Positions 13,404-28,091 of a stretch of DNA of 64,000 nucleotides are shown in pieces. Numbering within the stretch: position 1 is the stretch's first letter; the number at the start of each line of letters is the position of its first letter. The notes under the pieces are model-generated. The model saw only the letters and a list, made by a program, of their open reading frames with translations, ran no database searches and was not told the origin of the DNA. Location: assembly GCA_964016885.1 (NCBI GenBank), contig OZ024760.1:11160001-11224000 (forward strand). The letters run 5' to 3'. Both the position numbers and the translations under genes were made by a program. Source of the stretch: Eledone cirrhosa. Its lineage: Eukaryota.

Positions 13404-13620
13404 AAGGCGTGTGGCTGAGTGGTTAGAGAACTGGATTCGCAATCGGTAGGTTGTGAGTTCGATTCCTGGACCAGGTGATGTGTTATGTCCTTGGGCAAGA
13501 CACTTTATTTTACGTTGCTCCTTCTACCCGGAGTTGCGACCGATAGATAGTATTAGCAACTGGAAAGACCAATGGAAACACTGTTTCCTCGGTCCGATTT
13601 GACAAAAGTCGATCGTTAGG
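13404..13620 (+). mobile_element. tRNA-derived CORE-type SINE
   Basis: A box tggctgagtgg, B box gagttcgattcc, CORE-like gtccttgggcaagacactt; second copy at 24131-24345. Confidence 0.85.
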
Positions 13621-13631
13621 AATCGTTAGAA

Positions 13632-14180
13632 AATATATATATTTGTGAGTGTGTATATATATATATATTTGTGAGTGTGTATATATATATATATTTGTGA
13701 GTGTGTATATATATATATATTTGTGAGTGTGTATATATATATATTTGTGAGTGTGTATATATATATATATATATATGTTTGTGTGTGTGTATATATATAT
13801 ATTTGTGAGTGTATGTATATATATATATATTTGTGAGTGTATATATATATATATTTGTGAGTGTGTATATATATATATATTTGTGAGTGTGTATATATAT
13901 ATATATTTGTGAGTGTGTATATATATATATTTGTGAGTGTGTATATATATATATATATTTGTGAGTGTGTGTATATATATATATATATATTTGTGAGTGT
14001 GTATATATATATATTTGTGAGTGTGTATATATATATATTTGTGAGTGTGTGTATATATATATATTTGTGAGTGTGTATATATATATATATTTGTGAGTGT
14101 GTGTATATATATATATTTGTGAGTGTGTATATATATATATATATATATTTGTGAGTGTGTATATATATATATATTTGTGA

Positions 14181-14200
<20 letters not shown>
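13632..14200. repeat. Minisatellite (tttgtgagtgtg+(ta)n), about 22-30 bp unit
   Basis: Direct inspection. Confidence 0.95.
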
Positions 14201-14223
<23 letters not shown>

Positions 14224-14360
14224 GAGAATGTAGAGAAGTGACACACGAGTTTATATATATAAACAAACAGTAAAAAGGAAAAATAAAATGGTGGATGGAT
14301 TTTTTCAGTATAACATCAAAACATTTATTTATAAAGTAAAGTAGGGATTTCCGTATTACT

Positions 14361-14398
14361 CGTGTACCGGTTTCAGCTTTATATGCTTTTTCAACGAC
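14361..14398 (-). ncRNA. Degenerate hammerhead relic
   Basis: Minus strand: ttgaaaa-agcatataaagct-GAAACCGGTA; two core mismatches. Confidence 0.4.
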
Positions 14399-14436
14399 GG
14401 AATAGAATAGTGGAGTTAAATTGCATATTTATACGA

Positions 14437-14630
14437 ATAATAATTGTTTCTACTTTTGGCACAAGGCCAGCACTTGTCCCAGTACATTACTGGTACTTCA
14501 TTTTATCGACCCCGTAAGGATGGAAGGTAAAGTTTACCTCGGCGGGATTTGAACTCAGGCCGGAAAGGGAGGTAACTATGCTGGAAAGCATGGTGTCCGA
14601 CCCTCTACCGATACTGCCAATCCACCGCCC
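14437..14630 (-). mobile_element. Nin/Deu-like SINE
   Basis: Reverse complement of the 12700-12890 family. Confidence 0.9.
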
Positions 14631-14774
14631 TTTATACGAAAAATAATAAAATGGAGAAACAGAATGTTTAGTTTTTACATACATATATAGAGAGGACAGT
14701 TCATATTTTTGTCTGAAGTTTTCTTTCGTGCTCTGTTAGTGTTGAGCAACAGAGGTGGTAGCAGGTTAAATTGG

Positions 14775-14805
<31 letters not shown>

Positions 14806-14903
14806 TTGTGTGTGTGTGTGTGTGTGTAAAATAGTTTAGATGTTAATAACACAATCATGTAAAGGCTATATATATATATACACATATATGTATATATGTA
14901 AAG

Positions 14904-15014
<111 letters not shown>

Positions 15015-15043
15015 GTTAGTTCCACAAAAGTTAATAAACCATT

Positions 15044-15084
15044 TTCGAGGACACCTGTTTCACCTTGCGGATCTTCAGCTCGAA
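15044..15084 (-). ncRNA. Minimal hammerhead, family D-like
   Basis: Minus strand: ttcgag-CTGAAGA-tccgcaaggt-GAAAcaggtGTC-ctcgaa; 6-bp stem I, GUC triplet. Confidence 0.8.
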
Positions 15085-15306
15085 GGAATGGGTTGTAGCT
15101 ACACAACGGAAGGCTATATGAAGTATGTCAGTCATGCGTAAGTTCATCAACAACGGGGACAATTGATGAAAGGGAGACAATTTAGATCATTCTGGATAAA
15201 AATAGGTTGGGTTCGTAGCGGATGAAATCAGTTTGGCTGGCACGAACTTTACGACCGTGTCACCTTGCCGGCCCGGATGGGGGTGACTGATTGGTTGATC
15301 TATAAT

Positions 15307-15502
15307 AATAATAATAATTGTTTCTACTTTTGGCACAAGGCCAGCAATTACCCCCAGTGCATTACTGGTACTTTATTTTATCGACCCCGTAAGGATGAAA
15401 GGCAAGGTTAACCTCGGCGGGATTTGAACTCAGAATGGCATGGGCCATAACTCTATGCGTCAAAGCATGGCGTCCGACCCTCTACCAATATTGCCAATCC
15501 AC
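15307..15502 (-). mobile_element. Nin/Deu-like SINE
   Basis: Same family, full length. Confidence 0.9.
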
Positions 15503-15510
15503 ATAATATA

Positions 15511-15600
<90 letters not shown>

Positions 15601-16154
15601 ACATTTCGTTGATCGATTAACAGAATGCTGTCTTTTAATCTCTGCTCGGCTTTAACAGAGAGGAACTATGACCAAACCATCCGTGACCATCTCATCATTT
15701 TAGTGTTATGTAGGATTACTGTGCGTGTCCTTCCCATATCTGAGAGGGATTTCTCAGTCTTTTTAACAGGTCGTTCGACAATGTCAAAGCCTCTTTGGTC
15801 GTCGTTGTTTAATCTCAGGTTAGCTTTAATCAGGAAACCTTTGATCAGAAGCATTAAATCCATAACCGTAACATCCTTTTGGGGATTACGCAGCCTACTT
15901 TACGGGTTGGGGTGAATTGGGGTGGTGTTGTGCGTGGCCGTAATTCTTTTCCCAATGTAACAACACCATTTCTCCTTTGGGGGTGACATTAGTGGTGTCC
16001 AATCTGTTGCAAGGTCAGGTCTCTGTTGTGAGGTTCAAATCCGCTCATCCTCACTCACGTACCACAGCTCTCTTAGTCCTGTAAAAACTGTGATAAACAC
16101 TGTCATTACATTCAGGACCAAACAGTAAAATAAATAAATAAATAAAAAAGGAAA

Positions 16155-16348
16155 ATAATTGTTTCTACTTTGGGCACAAGGCCAGCAAATACTCAGTACA
16201 TTACTGGTACTTTTATTTTATCGTCCCCGTAAGGATGAAAGGCAAAGTTGACCTCGGCGGGATTTGAACTCAGAATGGAAAGGGCCGTAATTCTATGCAT
16301 CAAAGCATGACGTCCGACCCTCTACCGATACTGCCAATCCATCGCCCC
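16155..16348 (-). mobile_element. Nin/Deu-like SINE
   Basis: Same family, full length. Confidence 0.9.
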
Positions 16349-16659
16349 CTATAAAAGGAAAATAATAAGAGAATTAGGATTACATTATGTAACCTTTCTT
16401 TAATTATGACAACCGGGGTGTGATTTTGAGAAGATTTTGTAGCTAATACTAGAAGGTCAACCGAGCTACCAGAGGTGCTCAGATTTACTGGCAAGAAGGA
16501 AGAGGTTGGTAGTGAACAAGATGGCGGAGACCACATAATGAAATCGATAGTTACGTTGCTTACATTCCATTCTAACGAAACTTACGGTGAATCCGACAGG
16601 ACGCCATGATGGCGAGGAGATATCATTTGTCTCGCTAGACAAATATTTACATAATCCTT

Positions 16660-16871
16660 GTATACACATACATATATATACACATACATACACATACATA
16701 CACACATATACAAACAAACACACATGCACACACAATCACACACACACATACATATGTATATATATATATATATATATATACATACACACATGCGTAGACA
16801 TACACACAGACTTACACATACACACGTATAGATGCTCAATCACACACACACATACATATGTGTGTGTATAT

Positions 16872-16911
<40 letters not shown>

Positions 16912-18480
16912 GTGTGTGTATATATATATATATATACACACACACATACGTATTCATATACACATGTACACACAGCCACACACGTAGAGATTCACATACG
17001 AACATAGACACACAAAAATAGACACTCGTACACATATACACAGATGCACATGCATGCGCACACACACACCTACACACACTCATGCACATTCACACACCTA
17101 CACACACACACATGGACATTCACACACCTACACACACACACATGGACATTCACACACCTACACATATGCACATTCACACACCTACACACCTACACACATG
17201 CACATTCACACACCTACACACACATACACATACACACACACACATACAAACACACACATTCACACCTACACACACAGATAGACACATACAAACACACACT
17301 GTTTCGAATTAAAATTCGCCGTCTAAAGATTGCAATGGTTGTTGTTAGTGTTGTTGTTGTTACTGTTGTTGTTGTTATTGTAGTTGTTGTTGTTGTTGTA
17401 GTTGTTGTTACTGTTGTTGTTGTTACTGTTGTGATTGTCGTTGTTGTTGTTATTGTAGTTGTTGTTGTAGTTGTTGTTACTGTTGTTGTTGTTACTGTTG
17501 TGATTGTCGTTGTTGTTGTTATTGTAGTTGTTGTTGTAGTTGTTGTTACTGTTGTTGTTGTTACTGTTGTGATTGTCGTTGTTGTTGTTATTGTAGTTGT
17601 TGTTGTTGTTACTGTTGTTGTTGTTACAGTTGTGATTGTCGTCGTTGTTGTTGTTACTGTTGTTGTTACCGTTGTGGTTGTTGTTATTGTTGGTGTTGTT
17701 GATAGCGTTGTTGTTGTTGTAGTTGGTGGTGCTGTTGTTACTGTTGTTGTTGTAGTTGGTGGTGCTGTTGTTACTGTTGTTGTTGTAGTTGGTGGTGCTG
17801 TTGTTACTGTTGTTGTTGTTGTTGTAGTTGGTGGTGCTGTTGTTACTGTTGTTGTTGTAGTTGGTGGTGCTGTTGTTACTGTTGTTGTTGTTGTTGTAGT
17901 TGGTGGTGCTGTTGTTACTGTTGTTACTGTTGTTGTAGTTGGTGGTGCTGTTGTTACTGTTGTTGTTGTTGTTGTAGTTGGTGGTGCTGTTGTTGTTGTT
18001 GTTGTAGTTGGTGGTGCTGTTGTTACTGTTGTGTTGTAGTTGGTGGTGTTGTTGTTGTAGTTGGTGTTGTTGATAGCGTTGTTGGTGGTGGTGGTGTTGT
18101 TGTTGTTGTTGTAGTTGGTGGAACTGCTGATAGTGATGTTGTTGTTACTGTTGTTGTTGTTTTTGTTGTTACTGTTGTTGTTGTAGTTGGTGTTGTTGTT
18201 GTTACTGTTGTGATTGTCGTTGTTATTCTTGCAGCTGTTGTTGTTTTTGTTATTGCTCCAGTTGTTGTTGCAGTTGTTGGTGTTGTTGTTGTAGCTGGTG
18301 TTGTTGTTGTAGCTGTTTGACGTTGCTTTGGTGTTGTTGTAGTTGTAGTTGTAGTTGGTGTTGGTGTTGTTGTTGTAGTAGCTGTTGACGTTGTTGTTGT
18401 TACAGGTGTTTTTGTTGTTGTTGCAGTGAATACTGTTGCTGTAATTATGTTTGTTGTTGTTGCTGTTGTTGTGGCTACAG
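16660..18480. repeat. (CA)n-derived tract followed by a (GTT)n-derived array with higher-order units
   Basis: Direct inspection. Confidence 0.9.
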
Positions 18481-18649
18481 GTGTTTACATTCACCTGTGT
18501 GTGTATGCGTGTATATCTACGTAAGTGTGTCTATGTATGTATGAATGTGTGTGTCTATATATGTATGAATGTATGTTGTGTGTATATATATGTAGTCATG
18601 CATGACTATAAGTATGGTCATGTGTCTGTATGTTTATATGTATATAAGT

Positions 18650-18849
18650 NNNNNNNNNNNNNNNNNNNNNNNNNNNNNNNNNNNNNNNNNNNNNNNNNNN
18701 NNNNNNNNNNNNNNNNNNNNNNNNNNNNNNNNNNNNNNNNNNNNNNNNNNNNNNNNNNNNNNNNNNNNNNNNNNNNNNNNNNNNNNNNNNNNNNNNNNNN
18801 NNNNNNNNNNNNNNNNNNNNNNNNNNNNNNNNNNNNNNNNNNNNNNNNN
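18650..18849. other. Assembly gap, 200 N
   Basis: Run of n; a fixed-size scaffolding gap, so true distance is unknown. Confidence 0.99.
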
Positions 18850-19490
18850 CGACCACCACCACCACAACCACCACCACCATCATCACCACCACAACCACAA
18901 CCACCACCACCACCACCACAACCACCACCACCACCACGACCACCACCACCACGACCGTCACCACCACCACCACCACCACCACCACCACCACCACCACCAC
19001 CACCATCACCACCACCACGACCACCACCACGACCACCACCACGACCACCACCACCACAACCACCACCACCACCACCACCACCACAACCATAACCACCACC
19101 ACCACCAACCACCACCACCAATCACCACCACCACCACCACCAGTAGTAGTAGTAGTAGTAGTACTACATTACATGTCATTGACCCCCCCCCCCCGAGCTA
19201 TGTTGAGATGTATTTAAAACTAAATTGAAGTCAATGATAATATAAACTTGCCAAGAAGGGATTAGAGTCGTGAGAGGGATCTGACAAATACGTCGTCAAA
19301 CATGGATAAGTAGATTACGTCGGTGTATTCCAATGGGAGTTGGTCAACTTATGAAATAGAATAACAATGTCGGAAGGAAGAAGATGAGTGCTGCTCGCTC
19401 GTTCATCTGTTGGACAGGGGAAACACGTTTAGCCTCTCTTGAGTTCAAATATAAATAAACTTTAAACTATTATACATGTGTTGCTGTTTG

Positions 19491-19522
<32 letters not shown>

Positions 19523-20360
19523 GGTGGTGGTGGTGGTCGTCGTCGTCGTGGTGTTGGTGGTGGCGGTGGTCGTGGTGGTGGTGGTGGTGGTGGTCGTGGT
19601 GGTGGTGGTGGTGGTGGTGGTGGTCGTCGTCGTCGTGGTGTTGGTGGTGGCGGTGGTGGTGGTGGTGGTGGCGGTCCTAGTGGTGGTGGTGGTGGTCGTG
19701 GTGGTGATAGTGGTGGTGTTGGCGGTGGTGATGGTGGTCGTCGTCGTGGTGATGGTGGTGTTGGTGCTGGTGGTGGTGGTTGTCAGGGTGGTAGTGGTGC
19801 TGTCATGTTTGTTTGTTTGAATTCGTTTGTCAAATAGTTGAAAAATAGATCGTTAGATCGATAGACAGGTAGATAGATAGATAGCTGGAATTTGGTGATG
19901 GTAATGGTGGAGTGGTGTTGGTAATGGTGGTGTGGGTTTGGTGGTAGTAGTTGGTGATGATAGTGTTGGTGATGATGGTGTTGGTGGTGATGATGGTGTT
20001 CTTCTTCTTAGTTGTTATTCTGCTGTTGGAGCTGTCAGTGGTGTTAGTTGTCATAGCAGTGTTGCTACTACTGCTGCTGCGGGTGCTGTTGTTGCTGCGG
20101 GTGTTGCTGTTGCTGCTACAGTTGTTGTTGTTGCTGCTACAGTTGTTGTTGTTGCTGCTACAGTTGTTGTTGTTGCTGTTGCTGCTATAGTTGTTGTTGT
20201 TGCTACAGTTGTTGTTGTTGTTGTTTCTGTTGCTGCTATAGTTGTAGTTGTTGTTGCTACAGTTGTTGTTGTTGTTGCTGCGGGTGTTGTTGTTGCTGCT
20301 ACAGTTGTTGTTGTTGTTGCTGTTGGTGCTGCTACAGTTGTTGTTGTTGTTGCTGTTGTA
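18850..20360. repeat. (ACC)n, (GGT)n and (GTT/GCT)n arrays with short unique spacers
   Basis: Direct inspection. Confidence 0.9.
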
Positions 20361-20744
20361 GGATTTGTAGTAGAGAAACCACAGTTGAATTGTGTGGCTT
20401 CAGGCATTTCTCTAACACAAAGACAAATGAACAAAAAGAATTATCCAAAGATATTTTAAGCTGTGAACGTCCTGCTTTTATCATGAAAGATGTCTTCCTA
20501 TTTAGGACTTAAAACAGGTGTTTCTTGTGTTAATACTCCACCCGCACCCGACCGCCACCTCCGTCCACCCTACTGCACAGCCATCCGTTCCCCTACTCCA
20601 CCCCAACCCCTTAAAAACCAACACTAAACAGAAACCAATGAGATTTCACTCGTAATACAAGATCGACTATGGCCGTAAGCACCTATTTTTTTAAAAATAC
20701 ATATCTTCTGGCATTTTCTGTCCTACAAATCTACCTCTTTCTTT

Positions 20745-21977
20745 TTTGTGTGTATGTGAGTGAGTGTGTGAGTGTATGTGTGTGTATGTGTGCGTTTGTT
20801 TGTGTACGTGTGTGTGTATGTGTGCGTTTCTGCGTGTGTCTATGTATGTGTTTGTGTGTTATCTACTACAAATATTTCTCTTGATTCTTTTTTGCGTATG
20901 CGAGTGAGTGTGTGTGAGTGTATGTGTGTATATATGTGCGTTGGTGTGTGTGTGCGTGTACATGTGTGTGTGTGTATGTAAGTGCGTGTGTATTATGTAA
21001 TATAAATATTTCTCTTTATTTTTGTGTGTATGTATGTTTGTGTATCTGTGTGAGTGTGTGTGTGCATCTGTGTGAGTGTGTGTGCATCTGTGTGAGTGTG
21101 TCTGCCTCTGTGTGAGTGTGTGTGCCTCTGTGTGAGTGTGTGTGCATCTGCGTGAGTGTGTGTGCATCTGTGTGAGTGTATTTGTGGGTGCGTGTGTTTG
21201 TGTGTGTGTGTATATGTGTGTGTGTATGTGTGTATGTATGTATGTGTGTTACGTAATACAAATATTTCTGTTTCTTTTGTGTTTGTGAGTGTGTGTCCGT
21301 GTGTGTTTGTGAATGAATGTGTGTATGTGGGCTTGTGTGTGTGTGTATATGAATGTGTGTGTTTAAATGTGTGTGTATGTGAGATTATGTATGTGTGCGT
21401 ATATGTCTATGTGTATACATGGACTTGTGTATGCATGTGTATGAATGTGTGTATGTGTGTGTATGTGGACGTGTGTATGTGTGCATATATGTGTATGTAT
21501 ATGTGTATCAATGTGTGTATATGTGTGTATGTGGGCTTGTGTGCGCATATGTGCATGTGTATCCATATATGCATCCGTGCGTATGTGTATGTATGTGTAC
21601 ATATGTGTGTGTATGTATATATGTACGCGTGTGTATGTTTATGTATATACATATACATACACACGCGCACATATACTTACACACATATACACATACACAC
21701 ATATATACATATACACATATATATACATATATATGTGTATATGTATATATGTATGCGTGTGTATGTACATGTATATATATATGTGTGTGTATGTATATAT
21801 GTATGTATGTGTATGTGTGTGTATGTATATATGTATGCGTGTGTATGTGTGTGTATGTATATATGTATGCGTGTGTACGTATATGTATATATATATATAT
21901 GTGTATGTATATATGTATATATGTATGCGTGTGCATCTACATGTGTATGTACATATGTATGCGTGTGTATGTATATG

Positions 21978-22054
<77 letters not shown>

Positions 22055-22090
22055 ATATATGTACATGTGTATATATATGTATGTGTATTT
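20745..22090. repeat. Degenerate (TG)n/(TA)n tract
   Basis: Direct inspection. Confidence 0.95.
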
Positions 22091-22208
22091 TCTTATCGAC
22101 CATCAGTTCAAAAGAAGAGAACAAGATGGACGCCAAGAGATTTATGGTAGAAGTGTATTCAAGATATCCTCCATCTTCGATGGCGGAATGTTATTTATTA
22201 TTAACAAA

Positions 22209-22402
22209 TGGCGGTGGATTGGCAGTATCGGTAGAGGGTCGGACGCCATGCTTTGATGCATAGAGTTACGGCCCTTGCCATTCTGAGTTCAAATCCCGCC
22301 GAGGTTAACTTTGCCTTTCATCCTTACGGGGTCGATAGAATAAAGTACCAGTAATGTACTGGGGTAATTGCTGGCCTTGTGCCAAAAGTAGAAACAGTTA
22401 TT
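22209..22402 (+). mobile_element. Nin/Deu-like SINE
   Basis: Full length, begins ggcggtggattggcagtatcgg. Confidence 0.9.
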
Positions 22403-22632
22403 AATTATTAACAATAAATCGATTATGTAGATCGCTAGATCGATGGGGATGGTGGGGGTGGGTGGGTAGTGTTACCGTTAAAAAATACCTGACTCTCGAA
22501 AACGTTTTAGTGTACACACACACACACACACACACACTCATACACACACTCTCACACACTCTCACACACTCACACACACAGACACTCTCATACACACACT
22601 CACTAACACACGCACAATGACACACTCACACT

Positions 22633-22664
<32 letters not shown>

Positions 22665-22765
22665 CACATACTCGCACATGAATATGGATAGGTACACACC
22701 TGCATTGCCACCTCACCAATTACATCAAAAGGCACACATACGCCCCCACACATATAAGGCCGATG

Positions 22766-22838
<73 letters not shown>

Positions 22839-22979
22839 GTATATATACCTTCTCGGCCCACATACCACATCAGAAATATATCTTTTGTCGCATCACCAGT
22901 CTGAGGAGCAGATCGATACTGGAGTCAGGTCCATAACTTCTAGGGTCACCTTGAGCATATCCACATATATATATATATA

Positions 22980-23080
22980 TATACTACCAAAATTATGTTA
23001 AAGATATCATGTCTGAGAATATCAGAAGCATTCGCCAGTTATATATATATATATATATATACATATATATATGTGTGTGT

Positions 23081-23142
<62 letters not shown>

Positions 23143-23682
23143 TACCAAAATTATGTTAAAGATATCATGTCTGAGAATATCAGAAGCATGCGCCAGTTAT
23201 ATATATATATATATACATATATATGTGTGTGTAGATATATAAATATAAATATATATATACTACCAAAATTATGTTAAAGATATCATGTCTGAGAATATCA
23301 GAAGCATGCGCCAGTTATATATATATATATATACATATATATGTGTGTGTAGATATATAAATATAAATATATATATACTACCAAAATTATGTTAAAGATA
23401 TCATGTCTGAGAATATCAGAAGCATGCGCCAGTTATATATATATTATATATATATACATATATATATGTGTGTGTAGATATATAAATATATATATATATA
23501 TACTACCAAAATTATGTTAAAGATATCATGTCTGAGAATATCAGAAGCATGCGCCAGTTATATATATATTATATATATATACATATATATGTGTGTGTAG
23601 ATATATAAATATATATATATATATACTACCAAAATTATGTTACAGATATCATGTCTGAGAATATCAGAAGCATGCGCCAGTA
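22980..23682. repeat. Six-copy tandem repeat: roughly 58-bp core plus a variable TA/TG microsatellite
   Basis: actaccaaaattatg at about 22983, 23141, 23259, 23377, 23502 and 23625. Confidence 0.95.
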
Positions 23683-23729
23683 GAATAAGCTCAAAGATTG
23701 CAAGTAATAAATCCGGGCATTTAATAACA

Positions 23730-24118
23730 TTAAGTTAAAAGTCGATTGACATATATATTTAAAATAAATACATCAAACAATTACAGGGGATAATTTGTAA
23801 AGAGCGTAAACACACATAGTTACGGATTTGCTTTTAGTGTGTAATCATAGATTGTTAAATCTTCACCCTTGCTGACGATCCAACATTTAACACCTATGAT
23901 TCTCTGATTAATGGTAAAATATCTTTCTTCAATGGAATATATATACAAAGGAGATTAATCATTATTGCAAGGTATCTATATTCAAAGGTTCTCGTTAATT
24001 TTTGATATGTTACCTCTGTAACTATGTCTGTTTACACTCTTTACAAATCATACCCTGTAATTGTTTGATGTGTTTATTTTATATATATATATATATATTA
24101 ATCGACTTTTGATTTAAT
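23730..24118. mobile_element. Diverged inverted repeat (about 95-bp arms, about 190-bp spacer)
   Basis: 23730-23825 pairs with 24015-24118. Confidence 0.75.
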
Positions 24119-24130
24119 TTATATATATAT

Positions 24131-24345
24131 AAGGCGTGTGGCTGAGTGGTTAGAGAATTGGATTCGCAATCGTAAGGTTGTGAGTTCGATTCCTGGACCA
24201 GGCGATGCGTTATGTCCTTGAGCAAGACACTTTATTTCACGTTGCTCCTTCTACCTGGAGTTGCGACCGATAGATAGTATTAGCAATTGGAAAGACCAAC
24301 GGAAACATTGTTCCCTCGGTCCGATTTGACGAAAGTCGATCGTTC
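24131..24345 (+). mobile_element. CORE-type SINE
   Basis: Close match to 13404-13620. Confidence 0.85.
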
Positions 24346-24376
<31 letters not shown>

Positions 24377-24571
24377 GAAAAAGTATGACCCCAACGGCAG
24401 AGGTCAAGTCGTTTCGACGGCTATTTCTGAACTGAAATAGCCGTCGAAACCCATTGCAAAGAGAGCAATACAAAAAAATAAAAAAGGTAAAGAGTATAAG
24501 AAGAAATCCAGGAATTACGTAGAAGACTCCAACAAAACACACAGAAAACTACCATGACATTGCAGTCTGAA

Positions 24572-24902
24572 CTACAACAACAACATCATTCCTGTTTTTC
24601 TGTCAACCCCAACAACAACAACACCATTCCTGTTTTTCTGTCAACCCCAACAACAACAACACCATTCCTGTTTATCTGTCAACCCCAACAACAACAACAA
24701 CAACATCATTCCTGTTTTTCTGTCAACCCCAACAACAACAACAACAACAACACCATTCCTGTTTTTCTGTCAACCCCAACAACAACAACAACACCATTCC
24801 TGTTTTTCTGTCAACCCCAACAACAACAACACCATTCCTGTTTTTCTGTCAACCCCAACAACAACAACAACAACAACACCATTCCTGTTTTTCTGTCAAC
24901 CT
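24572..24902. repeat. Minisatellite (cattcctgtttttctgtcaaccc+(caa)n), about 8 copies
   Basis: Direct inspection. Confidence 0.95.
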
Positions 24903-25913
24903 TTATAAACGGAACGAAATAAAAGAAAATATAAAACATTAAAGTAACATCCACCAGAAGAGATTAACGTGAGATAATATTGAGAGAGATATTACATGGA
25001 TAGAGAGATAGTATAGAAGAGGGGAGGGGAGGGTGAGCAGGAGGGGGGGATGAGAAGGAGGAGAGGAGAAGAGGAGGAGACTGGGGGGAGAAGGAAAAGG
25101 AGGAGGAAAAGAAGAATATATTAAACAAAAACATAAACTAGAGAACAAACAATACAACAACAACAACAAAATATTAAACAAAAAAATAAGAAAAGAGGAA
25201 ACAAACAACACAACAACAACAACAACAACAACAACAAAAAAATATTAAACAATAAATAAGAAAACAAACACAAAAAATATTCAACAAAAAATATTCAACA
25301 AAAAAGAAAAGAGAAAACAAACAATACAACAACAACAACAACACAACAACAACAACAACAAAATATTAAACAATAAATAAGAAAACAAACACAACAAATA
25401 TTCAACAAAAAATATTCAACAAAAAAGAAAAGAGAAAACAAACAATACAACAACAACAACAACACAACAACAACAACAACAAAATATTAAACAATAAATA
25501 AGAAAACAAACACAACAAATATTCAACAAAAAAGAAAAGAGAAAACAAACAATACAACAACGACAACAACGACAACGACAACAACAACGACAACGACAAC
25601 AACAATACATTAAACAAAAACTAAAATAAAAGATGGAAGAGGAATTGACCGTAGGAGAATCAATAAAATGGCTGAAGGGTGGGTGGGCAGGGTGGGAGGG
25701 AGCTGACGGTATAACGGGGATACACAACAGTGTCCTCCAAGGCTCGGAAATCCCAACATCAACAGGTTAAATGGTCTAATCTATTCCGTAGTCATGGTAA
25801 TATCGGAAGAAATCCGATTCGATCCTCATAATGTAAGACCCTCTTTAGCAAAACAATCATGATCGTGATTATCACCATCATCATCATCATTATCATCATC
25901 ATCATCACCATCG

Positions 25914-25964
<51 letters not shown>

Positions 25965-26194
25965 CCACCATCGCCATCACCAGTGTCATCATCATCATCA
26001 TCATCATTATCATCATTATCATCGCCAGCACCAGTATCATCATCACCACCATCACCATCACCATCACCATCACCATCATCATCATAGAATAGAATAGAAC
26101 CCCCCCCCCCCTCCCAGAAAAAATGCTGGATACAACAGTAAACTATATAAAATAGTAAATGTGAGAAATAGAGGAATACTAAAGAATTACTCAC

Positions 26195-26275
26195 ATAATA
26201 CTAACATAATACTAACATAATACTAACATAATACTAACATATACTAACATAATACTAACATAATACTAACATAAT
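26195..26275. repeat. 11-bp tandem repeat (cataatactaa)n
   Basis: Direct inspection. Confidence 0.9.
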
Positions 26276-26388
26276 TGTTTCTACTTTTGGCACAAGGCCA
26301 GCAATTACCCAGTGTATTACTGGTACTTTATTTTATCGACCCCGTAAGGATGAAAGGCAAAGTTAACCTCGGCGGGATTTGAACTCAG
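26272..26388 (-). mobile_element. 5'-truncated Nin/Deu-like SINE
   Basis: B box to tail only. Confidence 0.85.
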
Positions 26389-27844
26389 ACTGTAAATATA
26401 TATAATATGAATAAAGAAATAAACAGAAGGAGGAAAAGGAGGAGGCGAATGAAGAGAATGGGAGGAAGAGGGAGAAGAGAAGAGAAGACAAAAAAAAGAA
26501 TAAAGAGAAGAGGAGGCGGATAAGAAGGCAAGGAAGAGGGAAAAGAAGAAAAGGAAGGGAAAGAGGAGAAAGCAGAGGAGGAGAAGAAAGGGGAAAAGAA
26601 GAGAGAAAAAAATAAGTAAGAAAGGAAGAGGAAGAAGAAAGAAGAAAGCTGAGGAGGAGAAGAGGAAGGCAAGAAAGAAGAAGGCAAGAAAGAGGAAACG
26701 GAAGAATAGTAAGAAGATAAAGAAGAAGAAAGTAAAGAAGAAAAGAAGGCAAATAACAAGAAGAAGGCAAAGAAGAAAAGAAGGCAAAAAACAAGAAGTA
26801 GAAGGCAAAGAACAAGAAGAAGAAGGCAAAGAAGAAAAGAAGGCAAAGAACAAGAAGAAGAAGGCAAAGAAGAAAAGAAGGCAAAGAACAAGAAGAAGAA
26901 GTCAAAGAAGGAGAAGAAGAAGAAAGCAAAAAAGAAGAAGAAAAGAAGAAGAAAGACATTCAGGTAATGAAAGAAAATCTTGAAGAGTTCTTCTTAGCAA
27001 AGCCAACTTAAGATGCCGTGAAAAGTGGGATCGTTTTATTTGAAAGGATAAAAAACATTTGTTGAAAGGGAAAAGAAAAATTCTGGATAATTCTACAGAG
27101 GTAACAACAACAACAACGACAACAATAATAGCAACAACTTAACAACATAACAGTAACAACAACAAAATAACAACAATGACAATAACATCAACATCAACAT
27201 AACAATGACGGCAACAAGACAACAACAACAACCACAATAACAACCGCAATAATGACATAACAACAATAAAGACATGACAACAATAACAGCAACAACAACA
27301 ACGTAACAACAATGACAACAACAACATAACAACAACCATACAATAACAACAACAACAACAACAACAATAACATGAAATGTTGCATCAATATCCAGAAACT
27401 TTTTCGTATGAAAGCAAAAAAAAAAAATTATTGGGAGAAAAATTTAAAAGGAAGAAAACAACAACAACAATAATAATAATAATAATGATCCAATAGAATC
27501 AAAACGCCTAATTAATTAGAAGGGATTAGGATTCTAAAAAAATGTAATAATAAGCCCAATCGTATGGCCAGCATAACTACAGGGTGCTGGGCGGTGGTGG
27601 ATGGTGTAGCTGGTGGATCGGCAATAAAGACGGGAAAACAGGAAAGCTTCTGCTTGTATTGTTAACCTCCCACCTAAAAAGTACAAAAAAGAATAATAAC
27701 ATGAAAGGAATGGAATAGAAAAGAAACGAATGGAAATTGTGACTAAAATATTTAACCAGTATTCCTGAATCTCTGACACGGCCCCATTTTAAATATTCCG
27801 TGATGACTGGTTTATCAAAAGAAAAAGAAGCGAAACTCCAAATA

Positions 27845-27895
<51 letters not shown>

Positions 27896-27949
27896 GTACC
27901 GATTGTGTTGTTACTTCTGTTTACCTTTTAACACACACACACACACACA

Positions 27950-27996
<47 letters not shown>

Positions 27997-28060
27997 TACA
28001 TACATACATACATACATACATACATACATACATACATACATACATACATACATACATACA

Positions 28061-28089
<29 letters not shown>

Positions 28090-28091
<2 letters not shown>

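Noticed and set aside
13404-13475. tRNA gene
   Set aside because: A and B boxes continue into a SINE body; no cloverleaf
15625-15915. Non-repetitive ORFs as PLE RT/GIY-YIG remnants (also 32946-33152)
   Set aside because: No recognisable motifs
22980-24902. CRISPR-like repeat-spacer look
   Set aside because: Eukaryotic context, spacers are microsatellites, no cas genes
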